DNA from: Chlorokybus atmophyticus
Lineage: Eukaryota > Plantae > Mesostigma and Chlorokybus algae
Direction: 5' to 3'
Assembly (NCBI GenBank): GCA_009103225.1
Contig: RHPI01003599.1
Coordinates: forward strand, 422,473 to 486,472
Length of the DNA stretch: 64,000 bases
Made by a program: the position numbers and the translations under genes. The notes under the pieces are model-generated. The model saw only the letters and a program-made list of their open reading frames with translations. It was not told the DNA's origin and searched no databases. This document shows positions 27,783-40,674 of this stretch, in pieces (within the stretch, counting starts at the first letter, position 1; every line of letters begins with the position of its first letter).

Positions 27783-29063
27783 GTGAGTCCAGGTAAGATG
27801 CAGAGGTGAGTACATGCGGGGAGCAGGTTACCTGCCCGCATGCAAGTCACTGTCGGTGCTGTGCATGCTGTGGCTTGTGCTGTGTTGCTTGTGATGCTTG
27901 AGTTGTGTTGATGGTCTTGATTCTGGTGCTGGCGTTGCTGATCAGTCACTGGCATGGCACATGACTAACGGTCTCATACATTGCTAAGGCACTAACGCGC
28001 TAACAACGCCTGCAGTCGATCTGTGTTGTGACAGGATAGGGGCCGGAGCAGCATGTGTGGCGGCGGGGGCCCCAGTCAGTTGTCGTGTGCTGTGTCGTGG
28101 TCGTCGTCGTCAGCGTCTGTGAAGCCCGTGAAGCCCGGCCTGACCACCATGCCGCTGCTGCGCAGGTGGTGACCCCTTCCCGTTGCCCCGTCCTGCCATG
28201 TGCTGCCCCGTCCTATCCGCTGTGCAGTTGCTTAGCAGTTGTGTTGGTTGCTGCGTTCTAGTTGGTTTCAGAGCTGCTCTGGGCCCCCGTTAATTTGCTT
28301 GCTTTGTGCTTGCAATGCTGGTATGTGCATGCGTGTGACTGCTTGTGTAGCTTGTTAAGCATGAAATAGCATTTCTGTGCTTTACAATGCAGGTCGACAG
28401 TGTGTCCATGCATGCCTCCTGACCCGTATACACAAGCTCACAATGTATCAGCTGAGACCAACTGCAGTGCAGTAGAAAGCATTGCACACCGCACTAGCAA
28501 CGCAAGCATCACCTATGCTGATTATCAATGGCTCACTGCGGTAGAGGAGGAGATGATATGTGGCGATAGCCATTGCATCATCCACACCCCTAGGGTATAA
28601 GTTGATAGAGCCGTGTGTTGCGTCCAACAGAAACTAAGAGAGGAGGAGATCTGTGCATTAGCCATTGCGTCATCCACAGCCCTAGGGTAAGATAGAGCCA
28701 TGTGCTGCATCCAACAGAAGTTAAGCCAACAGGGAGCCAAACTGCATGCACATGAGACTACCAGCGAGCAATCCTATCCTGGTAGAAAAAGTCTGCTTAC
28801 ATGTGTGAGTGCGACAGCATGCACACTATATTATACACTACTGAGCCAGTGCTATACCATAGTGTTATCACTTGGCTAGCTGGAAGGCCGTGGCACAGGC
28901 TCGCTCAAGGCCAAGCCTGCAACATATCAAGGCTCGTCCAGTGTGACATGACAATTCAACGCCCTGTGCCTTTATTGAAGGTGGTTGCGCACCAGCAGTC
29001 ATCAATGATTTGCACATCCAATTCATACTACAAATAAAGAATGCTACGTGTATTACAAAACTC

Positions 29064-30411
29064 CTACTGCTGCTTGATATCTGTCTTTGTTGATTGCAAG
29101 CGCTTCAACGTCCGATATCCTTTGTCTGAGCCAAAAAGCCTGTGACACAAGCCTGGTCACCAACACAGCCCAGTAGCACTGTTCAATACATATATAAAGG
29201 TAACCCTCTTACCAGTCCATGTATACAAACGTCGAGGAGTAGTTGCCAGACTTGGTGTATAACAAACGATGGTGGTAATCATGGAAGTCAGCACCGCCAT
29301 ACAAAGGCAAAAACCTGTAACAGAGACAGCCCATAAGTCACTCCACACACGCAACTCGCACACAGCAATTGAACACATCATGACAAACATACCTTGAAGG
29401 TGACCAAGGGAAGTCGTATCCGCAATGCGCCTCCACCGTTTCTATCAACCTCAAGGCCATCCAAGTCCACATAACCAACAAGTGCGGCCCCACCAGCGCA
29501 GGACCCATCACCGTTGCGAGCCCCAAGAAGAGTATCTCCACCGGATGCGCGTAGAGAGCGGTGACTCCAAACGGAGTGGCCCACTCGTGATGAACGCTGT
29601 GAACGTGCTTGTACAACCACTTGGTGTGAAGGAGACGGTGGCCCCAATAAAACACGAAGTCCTCAATGACAAAGAATGCAAGAATCTGCCATAGCAAGCG
29701 CAAGTTGGTTGTCACCAGTACAAATGTACAACAACTACTCTTGCATTCGTAGCTACTTAGCGCAACCACTAGCGAGCGCACATAAAGCCTTTCCAACATC
29801 GCAGTGCATGCCATCACATCACATCACATCACACACGCGAGCACATGCAATGCAATACAAGACTGTAGATGGTTCAACTCGCAGCTCTAAACCTCACAAC
29901 AAAAAACAAGTAGAGACTACGCACACCAAAGAGAGGTAGTTGTGGCGGTGTTGGTGACAGCATGCATGCAAGTGTGGTAGCCACTCGCCTGAAGCATGGC
30001 TAGTCGTAGTGAAGGTAGCGGTAGTTTCGCCGTGATCCCCATGGCCGAGTACACGGGGTATGACACTGCCATGAGCGGCAAATTCACTGCTACATGGTAA
30101 AAGAACAATCTAACCACACATTTCCACTGCTGCGCCGTGGTGGTCCCCCTCGTCTGGATCTTGTACCTCCTGAGCCAAGGGAGGTCGACCCAGTCAAGGG
30201 CGAGGTAAGGGAGGCCAGAGGCGAAGAAGACGAGCTCGTGGATGAGGAAGGAACCGAGGACGAGAAGCTGCCACTCGGACCAGGGGGAAGTGGCTCGCAA
30301 CCACAAGTGCTCCAGTGACGTGGACGGCTCGTAGGAGGACACGCCGGCTATGGAGGGGGATGTCGCCGTCTCGCCGCCTACCCACGACGGCGCCGTAGCG
30401 TTGGCGTCCAT
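29064..30411 (-). CDS. SMO2: Sterol 4-alpha-methyl oxidase 2-like (fatty acid hydroxylase superfamily), 4 exons
   Basis: His boxes FYWGHRLLH, HSVHHE, FHDYHH; FLPLYGGADFHDYHHRLLYTKSGNYSSTFVYMDWLFGSDKGYR matches the plant SMO2 C-terminus; TAG at 29064. Confidence 0.93.
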
Positions 30412-30882
30412 CGCTCCCCGCCGCCGCCGCCCACGACGACGACCACTACAGCAGCAACCACTGCACAGACAGCTGCCAGTTAGACGCGGGATTTTGCTTC
30501 CAAACAGCCACAAACTTCGTCAAGCATGACGTTTGCCACTTCATCAGTTTCGACCCGGTTTGGCTTTTCTAGACCGGGGCGGAACCGGGTCGTCATCTGG
30601 GCTTTGTGCCACATAGGATTCCAAGCGGCAGGCTTGGGGTGGAAACATGTGCTTCAGCTTGGCCGTACTCTGGTCGGTGCCATGAATACCAAGCGCCGGC
30701 GACGTCCAGCACTGGATGCTTGGCGAGAATTGCTAGCTCGGGAACCAGCATGAAGGATGGGACGGAGCATTCGGCCTGGCCTGGCCTTTTTGCTGGTTAA
30801 GAGCCAGGCCAGGCGTGGGGTTGGAAGATTGAAGAATAGGCAGCCACTCAATGAGTATATTGGAGTAACTTGCTGTTGAGGC

Positions 30883-33800
30883 ATGGGTGGAGTCCGTGAG
30901 CTGCAGCCTCCTCCTCCTCCTGCTGCTGGCAGCGCGCCTCCTGCTGCTGCGCCAGCAGGGCTGAAACAGCGCAAGCAAAGCCAGAGCCACATAGTGGTGA
31001 TGGGCAGCGACATGGCGCAGGCGGCCGTGGCAACGGACCTCGGTGCTGCTAAGGAGCACCGGCACAAGCACCTGAAGAGGTTGGTGCGGGCGGCGGGGCT
31101 CATAAAAGGGGTAAGCAGCAATGCACCTCTCGCATGCACAGCACAGCACAGCACAGCATTGCTTGCTACACTGGATGCTGCATGCATTGAATGGAGTTTT
31201 GGGGTCTTTCAGTGGAGCAGTGCAGCGCAGAGGCGTGCTCAACAGCGCAGAGAGATTCTTGAAAAGCCAGCGGTAAGCATGATGGCAAGCACGTTTCTTT
31301 CACGGTCGTAACATTGCGCAAGCATAATGCCCTGCAATCATTTGCTAGCCCGTGTGCTTGCTATAGCGTGCATGCTTCCAGAACGGAAGCAAGGAAGTGT
31401 CGGCAGTTGATGGTTGCTAGTTACAAGCTTGCTGCATGCACCACTGGCTGGTTGAGTTGTTTGGAGTTGTTGTTAGGAACAACGCACGTCGTCGGACATT
31501 GCCGTGCTCGAGGAGTTTGTTATGCGGGTGCGGTTCTTGGAAGGTCTCTCGTCAGAAGCGAGGCTGGACATCTGCCGCTATGCCGTCTTCGAACGGCACC
31601 AGCCTGGAGCTGTCCTCTTCCGGCAGGGCGATTCAGGAGAGTCCTTCTACATAATTGTGTCCGGCGAGGTGAGTCGGGTGGTGGTGTCTAGCATGCACCT
31701 TGCTCAGTGAATGGTGGCGAGAGCTTCTGCTACGCTGCTTACAGCTAGGCTGTGCAAACAGTCAAGCAGCTTAGTAGCCACTTGCAGTCGGGTTTACACA
31801 GCCGTGCAAACAGTACATTCCCAGCTCAGCTGCAGCTTGAAGGCCGTCTGCACAACTCAGCTATAAGCAGCTTACAGCTGGGTGCAGTAGTCAAGCAGCT
31901 TAGCAGCCATTTCCAGTCGGGATTGCACAGCTGTAAGCTGTGCAAAACTTTGCACAGCTTACAGTCCAACTGCAGCTTGAAGGCCACTTGCAGTCGGGTG
32001 TACAAGTCTCTGCTGTTCCCTAGAGACAGACATCTCTCTATGCACAGCTGGGCTGCTCCTAAGGAAACGGTTGAGCAGCGCTCGCAATGACAGGTGGAGA
32101 TTGCACTGGAGCCAGACGGATGGGATGGCAGTACCATTGAAGCGCAGACAGCACAGGACAGCAAACAGGAGTCAACGAGAGGCAAGATGAGGTAGAGGTT
32201 CTTCATGTCATGTAGTTTGCCTGCAAGGTGAATGCATAAAACAGGATGTGCGCTACACAGCCTTGCTGGGTGCTTTGGTTAAACTGTTGCATGCTCGTAG
32301 GCAACCCCAATTGGCCGCCAAACGCGTAGTATCCCTTGAAGCAGGCCAATCCTTTGGTGAGCTTGCATTGCAAGCAAGCCACTCGCGGCGCGCTGGTACA
32401 TGCACCGTACGAGGCAAGCGCCATGCACAACTTGCACATATGACTTGACTTGTCAACTGACTGAAGAAAATTCTGGGCAGGTCCACATGGGTGTGAGCTT
32501 CTTGTTGTGGGGCGTGCGACTTTTGACCGCGTGCTAAAGCATCATATGACACAGGCATGTTGCCATTGTTTTGGTGTAGCCGGTGCACACACTGAGTATT
32601 GCATCACCCTGTGTGCAATTGCAGGAAGTCACAACCCGTATGAAGTTCTTGCGCAGCTTGCCGTGCTTTCAAGACCTGCTGCCCATGACGCTTCACAACC
32701 TTGCACAAGTACGCACCTGCAGCACGTGGTGGTATGATTGTCATAACAACTATGTGTAAAATGACTCCCACCGCAAGGTCATGACCACGCGCACGTACCC
32801 AAGCGGCACAGTGCTTCTGCGGCAAGGCGACGACTCCGACGACATGTTCTTCCTCCATCAAGGGGAATGCAGGGTGCTCAGGCGGGTGAAGTTTGTTGGA
32901 ATGCCTGCTCAACAGGTGTAGAATGTTTACATGTAGAAATGTTCAATGGTCATTGCTCCGGCTCCTCCCTGTGTAACAGTGCCTGCACTGTGTTAGGTAG
33001 GCGATTTGCACTTAGAGACGGGACCAACGGGTCTGCTCTTCTACTCAGCATCGGTAACACCTCGTGTAGTGCCACTGGCATCCCCGCGCTTGCTGCAACT
33101 AGCCTCTCCAAGAACAGCCCCAGCCCTGGCAACTGTAAATACAACTGTACATACAAGTTCCAGTACTGAAGTCTCCTCTACGCACATGCCATCTCTGCCG
33201 CAAACGCCCATCATCAACCGACCATTCAGCAGTCCTGGAAAGCCGCTGGTGCCGACAGAGCTGCCAAGACTGGACCTCCCTCCTTGTCAACCGTGCGCGC
33301 AGATGCATGCTCAACAAACCGCGCGCGTCGTGCTTGAGGTTGGTAACCTCATTGCGCCCGCTGTGTTGGGTGAGATGGGTGTCGTACAAAGAAAGGCCAG
33401 AAGCGCGTCGGTCATCGCAACTACCCAAGTGGAGGTCAGCTGGTTGGGAGTGTGCGTTGGATAGATTTGCCGGCATGTGGCGCTTGTGATGTCAGATTGT
33501 CACACTGTCTAGTGTTGCAGGTGTTTGTGCTGACAAAGTGGGACTTCATGAGCAAGATTACGACAGAAGGCTTGGCTGCCATGCAAACTCTAAGCAACAG
33601 CTACAGCGTAAGTGCAATGGCATTAGTGCAAGTTCTTCTTGTTGCATAAGTGTGGGTTGTTTTGAGCATGTTACCTGTACAACCGGTGGGCATTTGCAAC
33701 TGCCAGACACGCTCAAGCTTTCTCTGTATCCTTGTTTGCTTCAGTCAGATGAGGAGTTGTTCAAGGAGTTCTCCCATAACGTAGCCTGGGCGAGAATGAG

Positions 33801-33909
33801 GCACCAGCTGGTTGGGGACATTTTGCGGAGACTGCCGAAGCACAGACACCAGGACAAGCGCATATCCCCGCACGCGTTTCGCGAAGTTGGCCTTGCAATG
33901 TTACGATGA
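30883..33909 (+). CDS. Protein with two cyclic-nucleotide-binding domains, no catalytic domain seen
   Basis: VLFRQGDSGESFYIIVSGE..SFGELALQASHSRRA (domain 1); VLLRQGDDSDDMFFLHQGECRV..VLGEMGVVQRKARSASVIATTQVE (domain 2); multiple GT-AG exons; ends of the gene approximate. Confidence 0.85.
31923..31964. repeat. Overlapping palindromes (10-3-10 and 16-2-16) in a CAGCT-rich repetitive intron
   Basis: TTGCACAGCT-GTA-AGCTGTGCAA and CTGTAAGCTGTGCAAA-AC-TTTGCACAGCTTACAG. Confidence 0.9.
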
Positions 33910-33999
33910 CAGAAACAGCTACGCAACAGTAGGTTGGAAGCTATGCAACATTGATTTACAGTTACCGCCTATGATTACACTATGGTGCTATGATATGTG

Positions 34000-36413
34000 T
34001 CAACTTGTAGCTTTCCATATCCTGCATGTGTTGTCTTTAGATCCCGTGATCACTGTGTCCGCCTCATAGTTGAATGCGCACGAAAAGATCTCATCAGTGT
34101 GTCCCTCCAACACCTGAAGCATCAGCATCCAACGTGTCAGTGCTTGCCACGTACATGCGATCACTCTCATGGCATCCCCTCACTCCTCATTGCAAGTCAC
34201 ATCCGTGTGTATCAGCATTGCTGTTCTTTAGCAAGTACACACCTGCAAGCATCGTCCTGTACTGGCGTTCCACAGTCTGGCTGTCCGGTCCGCCGAAGCA
34301 GTCAGAATGCGTGAGCCCTGAATAGAGAGTAAGTTGATTGGTTTCAGGTGCACAGATATGTTGCCATCAGGTATGCGCCGGACAGGCACACAGAGACATG
34401 CACAACTGAGAGTGGGTGACTGTACCTGCATGGAGAAGGTAGCTTTGCTGATCTCTCCACCATGCCCGACAAGCACCACCTCCGCCTCTGCACCCCCTCT
34501 CCCCGCCGCCCATACACGTGCTGTCCCGTCCGCACTCGCGCTCACCACCCTCGTACCTGGTATAGCAATCGCTCCACTTCAACCAACAATCACCCACATG
34601 TCATCCCACATATTGTCTCATCCCTCTCACCCTACATACCTGCGGCATCCCACGCCACGTCCAACACCTCGTCCTCGTGACCCCACCACGTCTCCACGCA
34701 GCGCCCGCTGCCGGCATCCCACAACCGAGCACTCCGGTCTATCGACGCCGTCGCCGCAAGCGAACCCGAGTACGAGAGCGATGCCGTGGACACCTCAGCC
34801 GCATGCCCCGCCAAAGACTACACATGGAGGTGAGTACATGTTGTTGTGTATGTGGTTTGTATGAAATATATTCAGACTTACCTGTGTGCATCTTCCTGTT
34901 CTCACGTCCCATATTCGCGCCGTCCCATCGAAGCTGCCGGTGATGACTCGGTTCCCGTCCGTAGCGAACGCCACGGAAACTATCTCAGCCGCGTGTCCAG
35001 CTAGTGTTGCCACCTCTATCCCGGTGCTTACGTCCCACAGACGCGCCGTCGCATCCATCGACCCTGCAAATGGCATTGTCTCATGCATGAGAGAAGGCAC
35101 TCTTGTGTGTGCCTGTGCGTGTGCGTGTCCGTGTGTGTGTGCGATTGCGCGACTGTGCATGCGCGTGTGCGAGTGTGTGTATGCGTGTGTGCGTATGTGC
35201 GTTAAGCAGTAATATCCAGCTGTCTGCATACCAGTGGCGAGGATGTTGCCGCCGACGGGTGCCCAAGCGATGCATACGAGTTCGGCCGAGTGTCCTCGCA
35301 GTGCGCATAGGGACGGTTGTTGCTGTGGTGACGATAATGATGTCGCATCTTTACCTGCCCCTCCTCCTCCTTCATTGCCACTTCCCTCGCCAACACTCCA
35401 CACGCGCGCGGTACGGTCGAACGATCCCGTCGCGACCAGGTCACCGTACGGGTTGTTGAACGCCACGCAGTATACCACGTTGCGGTGGCCCTCGAGACAA
35501 GCCAGCTCCTTGCCATCTGTGAATATGTTGGCAGTTTGTAAGTGATCACAAACCACTCTTATGAACTCATCCTTGTGCATGAGTATAACGTGTACCTGAG
35601 GTATTCCACACGCGTGCGGTGCGGTCGTACGAGCCGGTGACAAAGCGCTCCCCGGCCTTATCGAATGCGCAGTTCGTCAGCGGTAGTGCATGTGCCCTGC
35701 AATTGCACAGTCATTTGCCGTACGTTCAGCTCATAATGCCTGTCAACCAGCAAAGTAACTGTTGTGTCCACCTTGCAAAGCAGCCCATGATTGTTTGACG
35801 AGATTGCAATCGCTTGGGTTCTGTTTCAGACCCCAAGTGCACATTGTCTGCCTCATTGGTTGTGACGGAAACATGCAACCATATACAGCCTGCACAAGTC
35901 TCAGCTCCTACTTCCGGCTGATGCATCAGCAGAAAGCAGGAAGACAGTCTAGATCCACATCAAGCCTTTGCAGCTGGCCATCAGATCTCTCACCTTAGCA
36001 CCCTCGACAGCGCGTATTCCCCCGGCGGCCCCTTCCTGGCCCTCCCCAGCAGCCTCCCCACCAGCGTCGTCACGGCGGCCCTCCTCGACGGCGGCAGCAG
36101 CACCGGATCGCTCCTCAGAACCTGATGGTGATGATCAAGTTGATGATAATGTTGTTCTCTTTGTTGGTGATGATGTGTGTATCTCACGTACCTGGTCGAC
36201 GACCTCGTCGACGTCGTCGTTGGGGTGCAGGCCCAGGAGGTCGATGGTGCGCTGGCGCAGGCGGCCGCCCTGCTCGTACTCGACCACCACGCCCGGAGGG
36301 TAGTAACGAGCCAGGAGACGCTTAAGCTTCGGTGGCGCTGAACCCGCAGATCCAACGCCGACGCTGCCAGCAACCATACCGCCACCGCCACCGCCGCCGC
36401 CGCCGCCCGCCAT
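34000..36413 (-). CDS. DAW1: Dynein assembly factor with WD repeats 1 (ODA16/WDR69)
   Basis: [109 protein letters not shown]; start at 36413 or 36377. Confidence 0.95.
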
Positions 36414-36668
36414 CGCCGCCTCTGTCCCCAGGTAACGGCGCCACGTGGCGTCACCACGGCGAGGGGTTTGTTGATGGCTGCTGCTTGAGTGTCACGTGAC
36501 GATGTGATCACACAGAAGTGAGAGTGAGTGAGCCGTTGGTGATCGAAACGGGTTTGCTGAGCCTTTTTGAGGTCGGATCAGTGAGCCAGTCTGTGAGCTG
36601 AGCGGCGACATTGGCGGCAGCATCAGCGGCGGCGTTGTTGGCGGTGGCGGAGGTGGGGGTGTTCGAAA

Positions 36669-39633
36669 ATGGCCGTTGCTGCGATGCAGCAGCTGCCTTG
36701 TCTAGGTTGCTGCTCCAGCAGGTGGGCACTGAGTGGCAGTTGAAGCTTGGCAGTTTATCATGATGTTTGGATGATGCAAAGGCATGTGGATTGCATGCCC
36801 AGCAGGGGTGGCACAAACAATCACCTGCATGCTTACAAGAGACTGTGACATGTTTGTCATAATGCCTAGATTTGCTTGTCGATACCGTACCGCATTGCCA
36901 TGAGAGACTAATTGTACCAACTCGAGCCAGTAGCCTCGTACATATGCGCACTTCCAACTACCAACAGCGCAGTACTATGCTCTGCTGCAAAGAGCAACAC
37001 AGCTGTCACTTCTGCTGATGTTAGCATCGTACTGGAGCATATGTACATAACTGACTTGGTGCGTAGCCAGACGGTCACCACAGTCGTCTACACGCGCCAT
37101 CATCGCCAGCTCCCCGCCCACCCCAAAGCCAACAACAACAGCATACCCTCCAACAAGCGTCATCATCAGCACAGCAACTACTTCCAGGCGGCGCCTAATA
37201 CTAGTGCGGTCATCACCCACCACCACCCCCGCCACCACAACAACAACAATAGCAACGGCGACAACGACAACGACAAGTGCGCCGTCAACAAGTGCCCACG
37301 ATGATGGCATTGGGCCGAGTGGGTCGCTACTGTATCAGGAAGTCGACTTTGACTGGGACAACAGCGGTGGTAAATATGTGTATGATGAGGATCTGTGGAG
37401 GGTTGGGGCGCCGCTGCACGGATATCCAAAACAGGTTGGTGTGTGTTGGTTGACCAAGTGGTTGTGTGAGTGTGTGTGACAAATGCAATCGTGCGTTCAG
37501 GTTGAGGGCCCCTCAGTCTGGTACGGCTCGCAGCTCGAAGCACAAAGAGACCGTTGGGTGTTTGCGATAGAGCCTGAAGACATTCGAGAGCTCGATGCCG
37601 CCCTCGCCACGTTCCATGTGGGTATTTGCATTGTGTGCGCGGCCTTCCCACAGCAGTCATGTCCAGGGTACCAGGCGGCAGTATGAAGTCTCCTCTAGTC
37701 AGCAAACAGACATTGTCAGGCATGCATGATCGTGTGCGTGCACGCGTGTGTGTTCTTGTCTAAATGTTTGTTGGTTGGATTGTTTGCTGACGTCCATGTA
37801 TGTGTATCAACAAAGCCTTGGTACGCTTGAGCAGGCTTCCTCCCGACCGCTTATTGCCCTTGCACAACCGCGAGGACGCGAGCTGTTTCCGTTGTACAAC
37901 CTCAGGACAAAGCTGCGTCGCATTCACAATGCGACACTCCTTGGCGGAATTGGTACACAACTCAATGCTCACCCACTCGCATGACAACACGACACCTTTT
38001 AACAACATGCTGTCTCTGTGCAGGCCTTGCGCTGCTTCGCGGGCTGCCAGTTGATCGCTACAGTCGTGAAGACTTGGCGGCAGTGTACTTGGGGATTGGT
38101 TCTCACATGGGAGTCCCCATGTCACAGGTGCGTGTACGTTGTACATGTTGTTGCGTTGTAACATTGTTCCTCACATATGCATGTCCTCGATGTGCTCATG
38201 TCGTCGGCAACGCAGAATGCAAAGGGCCACCTGTTGGGTCACGTAAGGGACCTCGGGCACGATCCCTTGGACCCCAACACGCGCATATACGCCACGCGCG
38301 AGCGGCAATGGTTCCACACCGACTCTTGCGACATTGGTACAGACGCACGCATGCACATGCGGGCATGTGCGCGCGCTTGTGTGTATGCGCCCCGTCACAC
38401 ACACACTCACACGCGCCCACATAGACGCATACGCCATCACATGCAGATGCACGTGCACAAATGCATGTGCGCATTCACACACACACATGCAGTACCTCAC
38501 CAAACATTGACGCTCTTATGCAGTTGGCCTCCTCTGCCTCCACCCCTCCCACCACGGCGGCGAGTCCAGCGTCTCCTCTTCCCACACCATCTACAACTCC
38601 CTCCTCCATCTCGCCCCTCACCTCGCCGCCACACTTGTAAAGGGCCTCTTTTTTGACCGCAAGGGCGAAATCCCACACGGGAAGCAACCGTTCTATGAGG
38701 CTTCGGTCTTCATCCAACACCAGGGGAGAGTGTACGTGAGGTTTGATAGGAATTTCGTCGTGAGGGCGCATACGAGAGGGGCGCCGCGACTCACACAGGA
38801 GCAAAGGCGTGCTATAGATGCCGTGGAACAGCTGGCGAGACGACATGCGATCAGCATGTCGCTGCAACCAGGAGATATACAGGTGATACACTTTGCTTTG
38901 TATGATAGACCTATCATCACGAAGCACCACCACACCACACAACATGGTCCGCCTTGTCGCATTTCAGTCTAGCGCACTGCATCGTCAGGCAGCTACATGC
39001 TGCACCAACTCACTTTGACTATCATCCCCACGCACTAGCTCAGCGCTCAGTACTGTACTACAGAAGCGGCTCATGCCCGTACCGTGACAGCTTTTGAGTA
39101 AGTGAGCGAGTGAGTGAAGCTCTTACCTTGTGTCTGTTTGCTTGCGTGTCATCAGTTTCTCCACTCCCACCACACCCTCCACGCCCGCGAGTCCTTCCTC
39201 GACTCCCCCTCCCATCCCCCACGCCACCTGCTGCGCCTGTGGCTGTCGCTCTCTGGACAAAACTGCCCAAACGCGTGGGGGTTGCCGAAGGAGATGGAGG
39301 AGCACTTCGGGCCGGCTGTTGAGGGAGGGGCGAGGTGAGGGAGGGTGTTGGTGATGATGGTGGTGGGGGTGGGGGTGACGGTGGCTTTGCTGTTGGTGTT
39401 GATGCTGGTGGTGTTGTCATTGTTGGCGTTGTTTGTAGGTGTTGCTGTGCTTACGGTCATCGTGTGATAATAGTCGTTGTCGTTGGGGTTGGGGTTGGGG
39501 TTGGGGTTGGGGTTGGGATTGGGGTCATTGAGAGTGTTACAGTCGGTCTGACTGAGAATAACCTGTTCCTTCTTGCAGGGCGGGGATCCGGGTGCCTGGG
39601 CAGGAGCTGAAGGTGCCGCTCGAACCCGAATAG
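36669..39633 (+). CDS. TauD/TfdA-family Fe(II)/2-oxoglutarate dioxygenase with a Thr-rich N-terminal extension
   Basis: GPSVWYG, LLRGLPVDRYS, NAKGHLLGHVRDLG, TRIYAT..WFHTDSCDIVGLLCL (HxD), GGESSVSS, FDRKGEIP, LQPGDIQ|FLHSHHTLHARESF (distal His), RHLLRLWL; start exon inferred. Confidence 0.9.
39483..39524 (+). repeat. (TTGGGG)n run in the last TauD intron, G-quadruplex-prone
   Basis: Five perfect TTGGGG units, one TTGGGA, one TTGGGG. Confidence 0.9.
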
Positions 39634-40674
39634 ATAGTAGTAGCACTTGAAGCAGCATTTGAAGCATTCTGCAGCCTCACTCTGCAAACAGCTGCTGCTG
39701 TTGCGTGCACACCTCGCCAAACGATTGCGAGTGCATCATCAGAGTGTCGGGAAAGCACATGCAGCATCCAGGATTACACGGATGATCCAATCAGGCTGGC
39801 CCCAAGCCGAGCACACGTGAGATGTCCCGCAGCTTGCGTGTGCTTTGCTAGTTAGCAGGGTCACAACAGCCCAGTAACTCTCCATCACTCATGATGGTGA
39901 TGATGATGCCCGAGAATGTAAGCATGCGTGCAGTAAGCCCAACACATGTAAACATTATGGATGTGAGAGAGTATGCGCATGAGAGACGGTGTGCAACATT
40001 GGTGGACTCGAAATGTGGCACTTGTAGTTGCAGCGTGCATGCGCGTGTGCTGAAGCGCCAGCAGTCCGACCAGCAAACGGCCCGTGTTCGCAAAGCGTGG
40101 CCCCGCTGCAGGTGCGCTGCTCAATTGATTGCTGTGAGGCGCGTGGGCTGAAGTTGAGCTGTTTGTTGCTGTTTTGCTTATACAGTTCTTAGGTGCACAT
40201 CTCCCGGAGCCATCTCTCCAAGTCATTACCAGTTGTTGTGCAAGTTTACTTACCTACGATTCAATGTTGGCGATATGCTGCACCAGTGGACGTTGTGCGT
40301 ATGACTCTCGCATACTGTGCCTGTGTTTAGATAAACGAGGAAACATTTATGACATGCGTGCATCGCACATGCAGCTGTTGCACCAGCCGTCTCATCAATG
40401 ATCAGAAGCTCGCCTTCGTGTTGGCAAGACAATTGTTGTCAAGACTGACAAGACAACGGTTGCTTTTATGCAATACACAATAATTACTTCATGGCCAACA
40501 AAGCGCCTACCTGCTTGCATGGAGTTTGCTTCCCCTTTTAGATGCACTGTTGCGTGCACACCACAACAGAAGGTTTTCCGCACTTGTGTGGCATACACAG
40601 TTGAACAGCTTGCATACAACAACCACAACAACAACCAATCCTATACGCGTGCGTGCACGAGTGCGACTTGATGC

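Noticed and set aside
28540-28730. Degenerate tandem duplication of about 90-95 bp (GCCATTGC.TCATCCACA.CCCTAGGGTA..GATAGAGCC)
   Set aside because: Two copies only and no unique spacers; an ordinary local duplication, not CRISPR-like.
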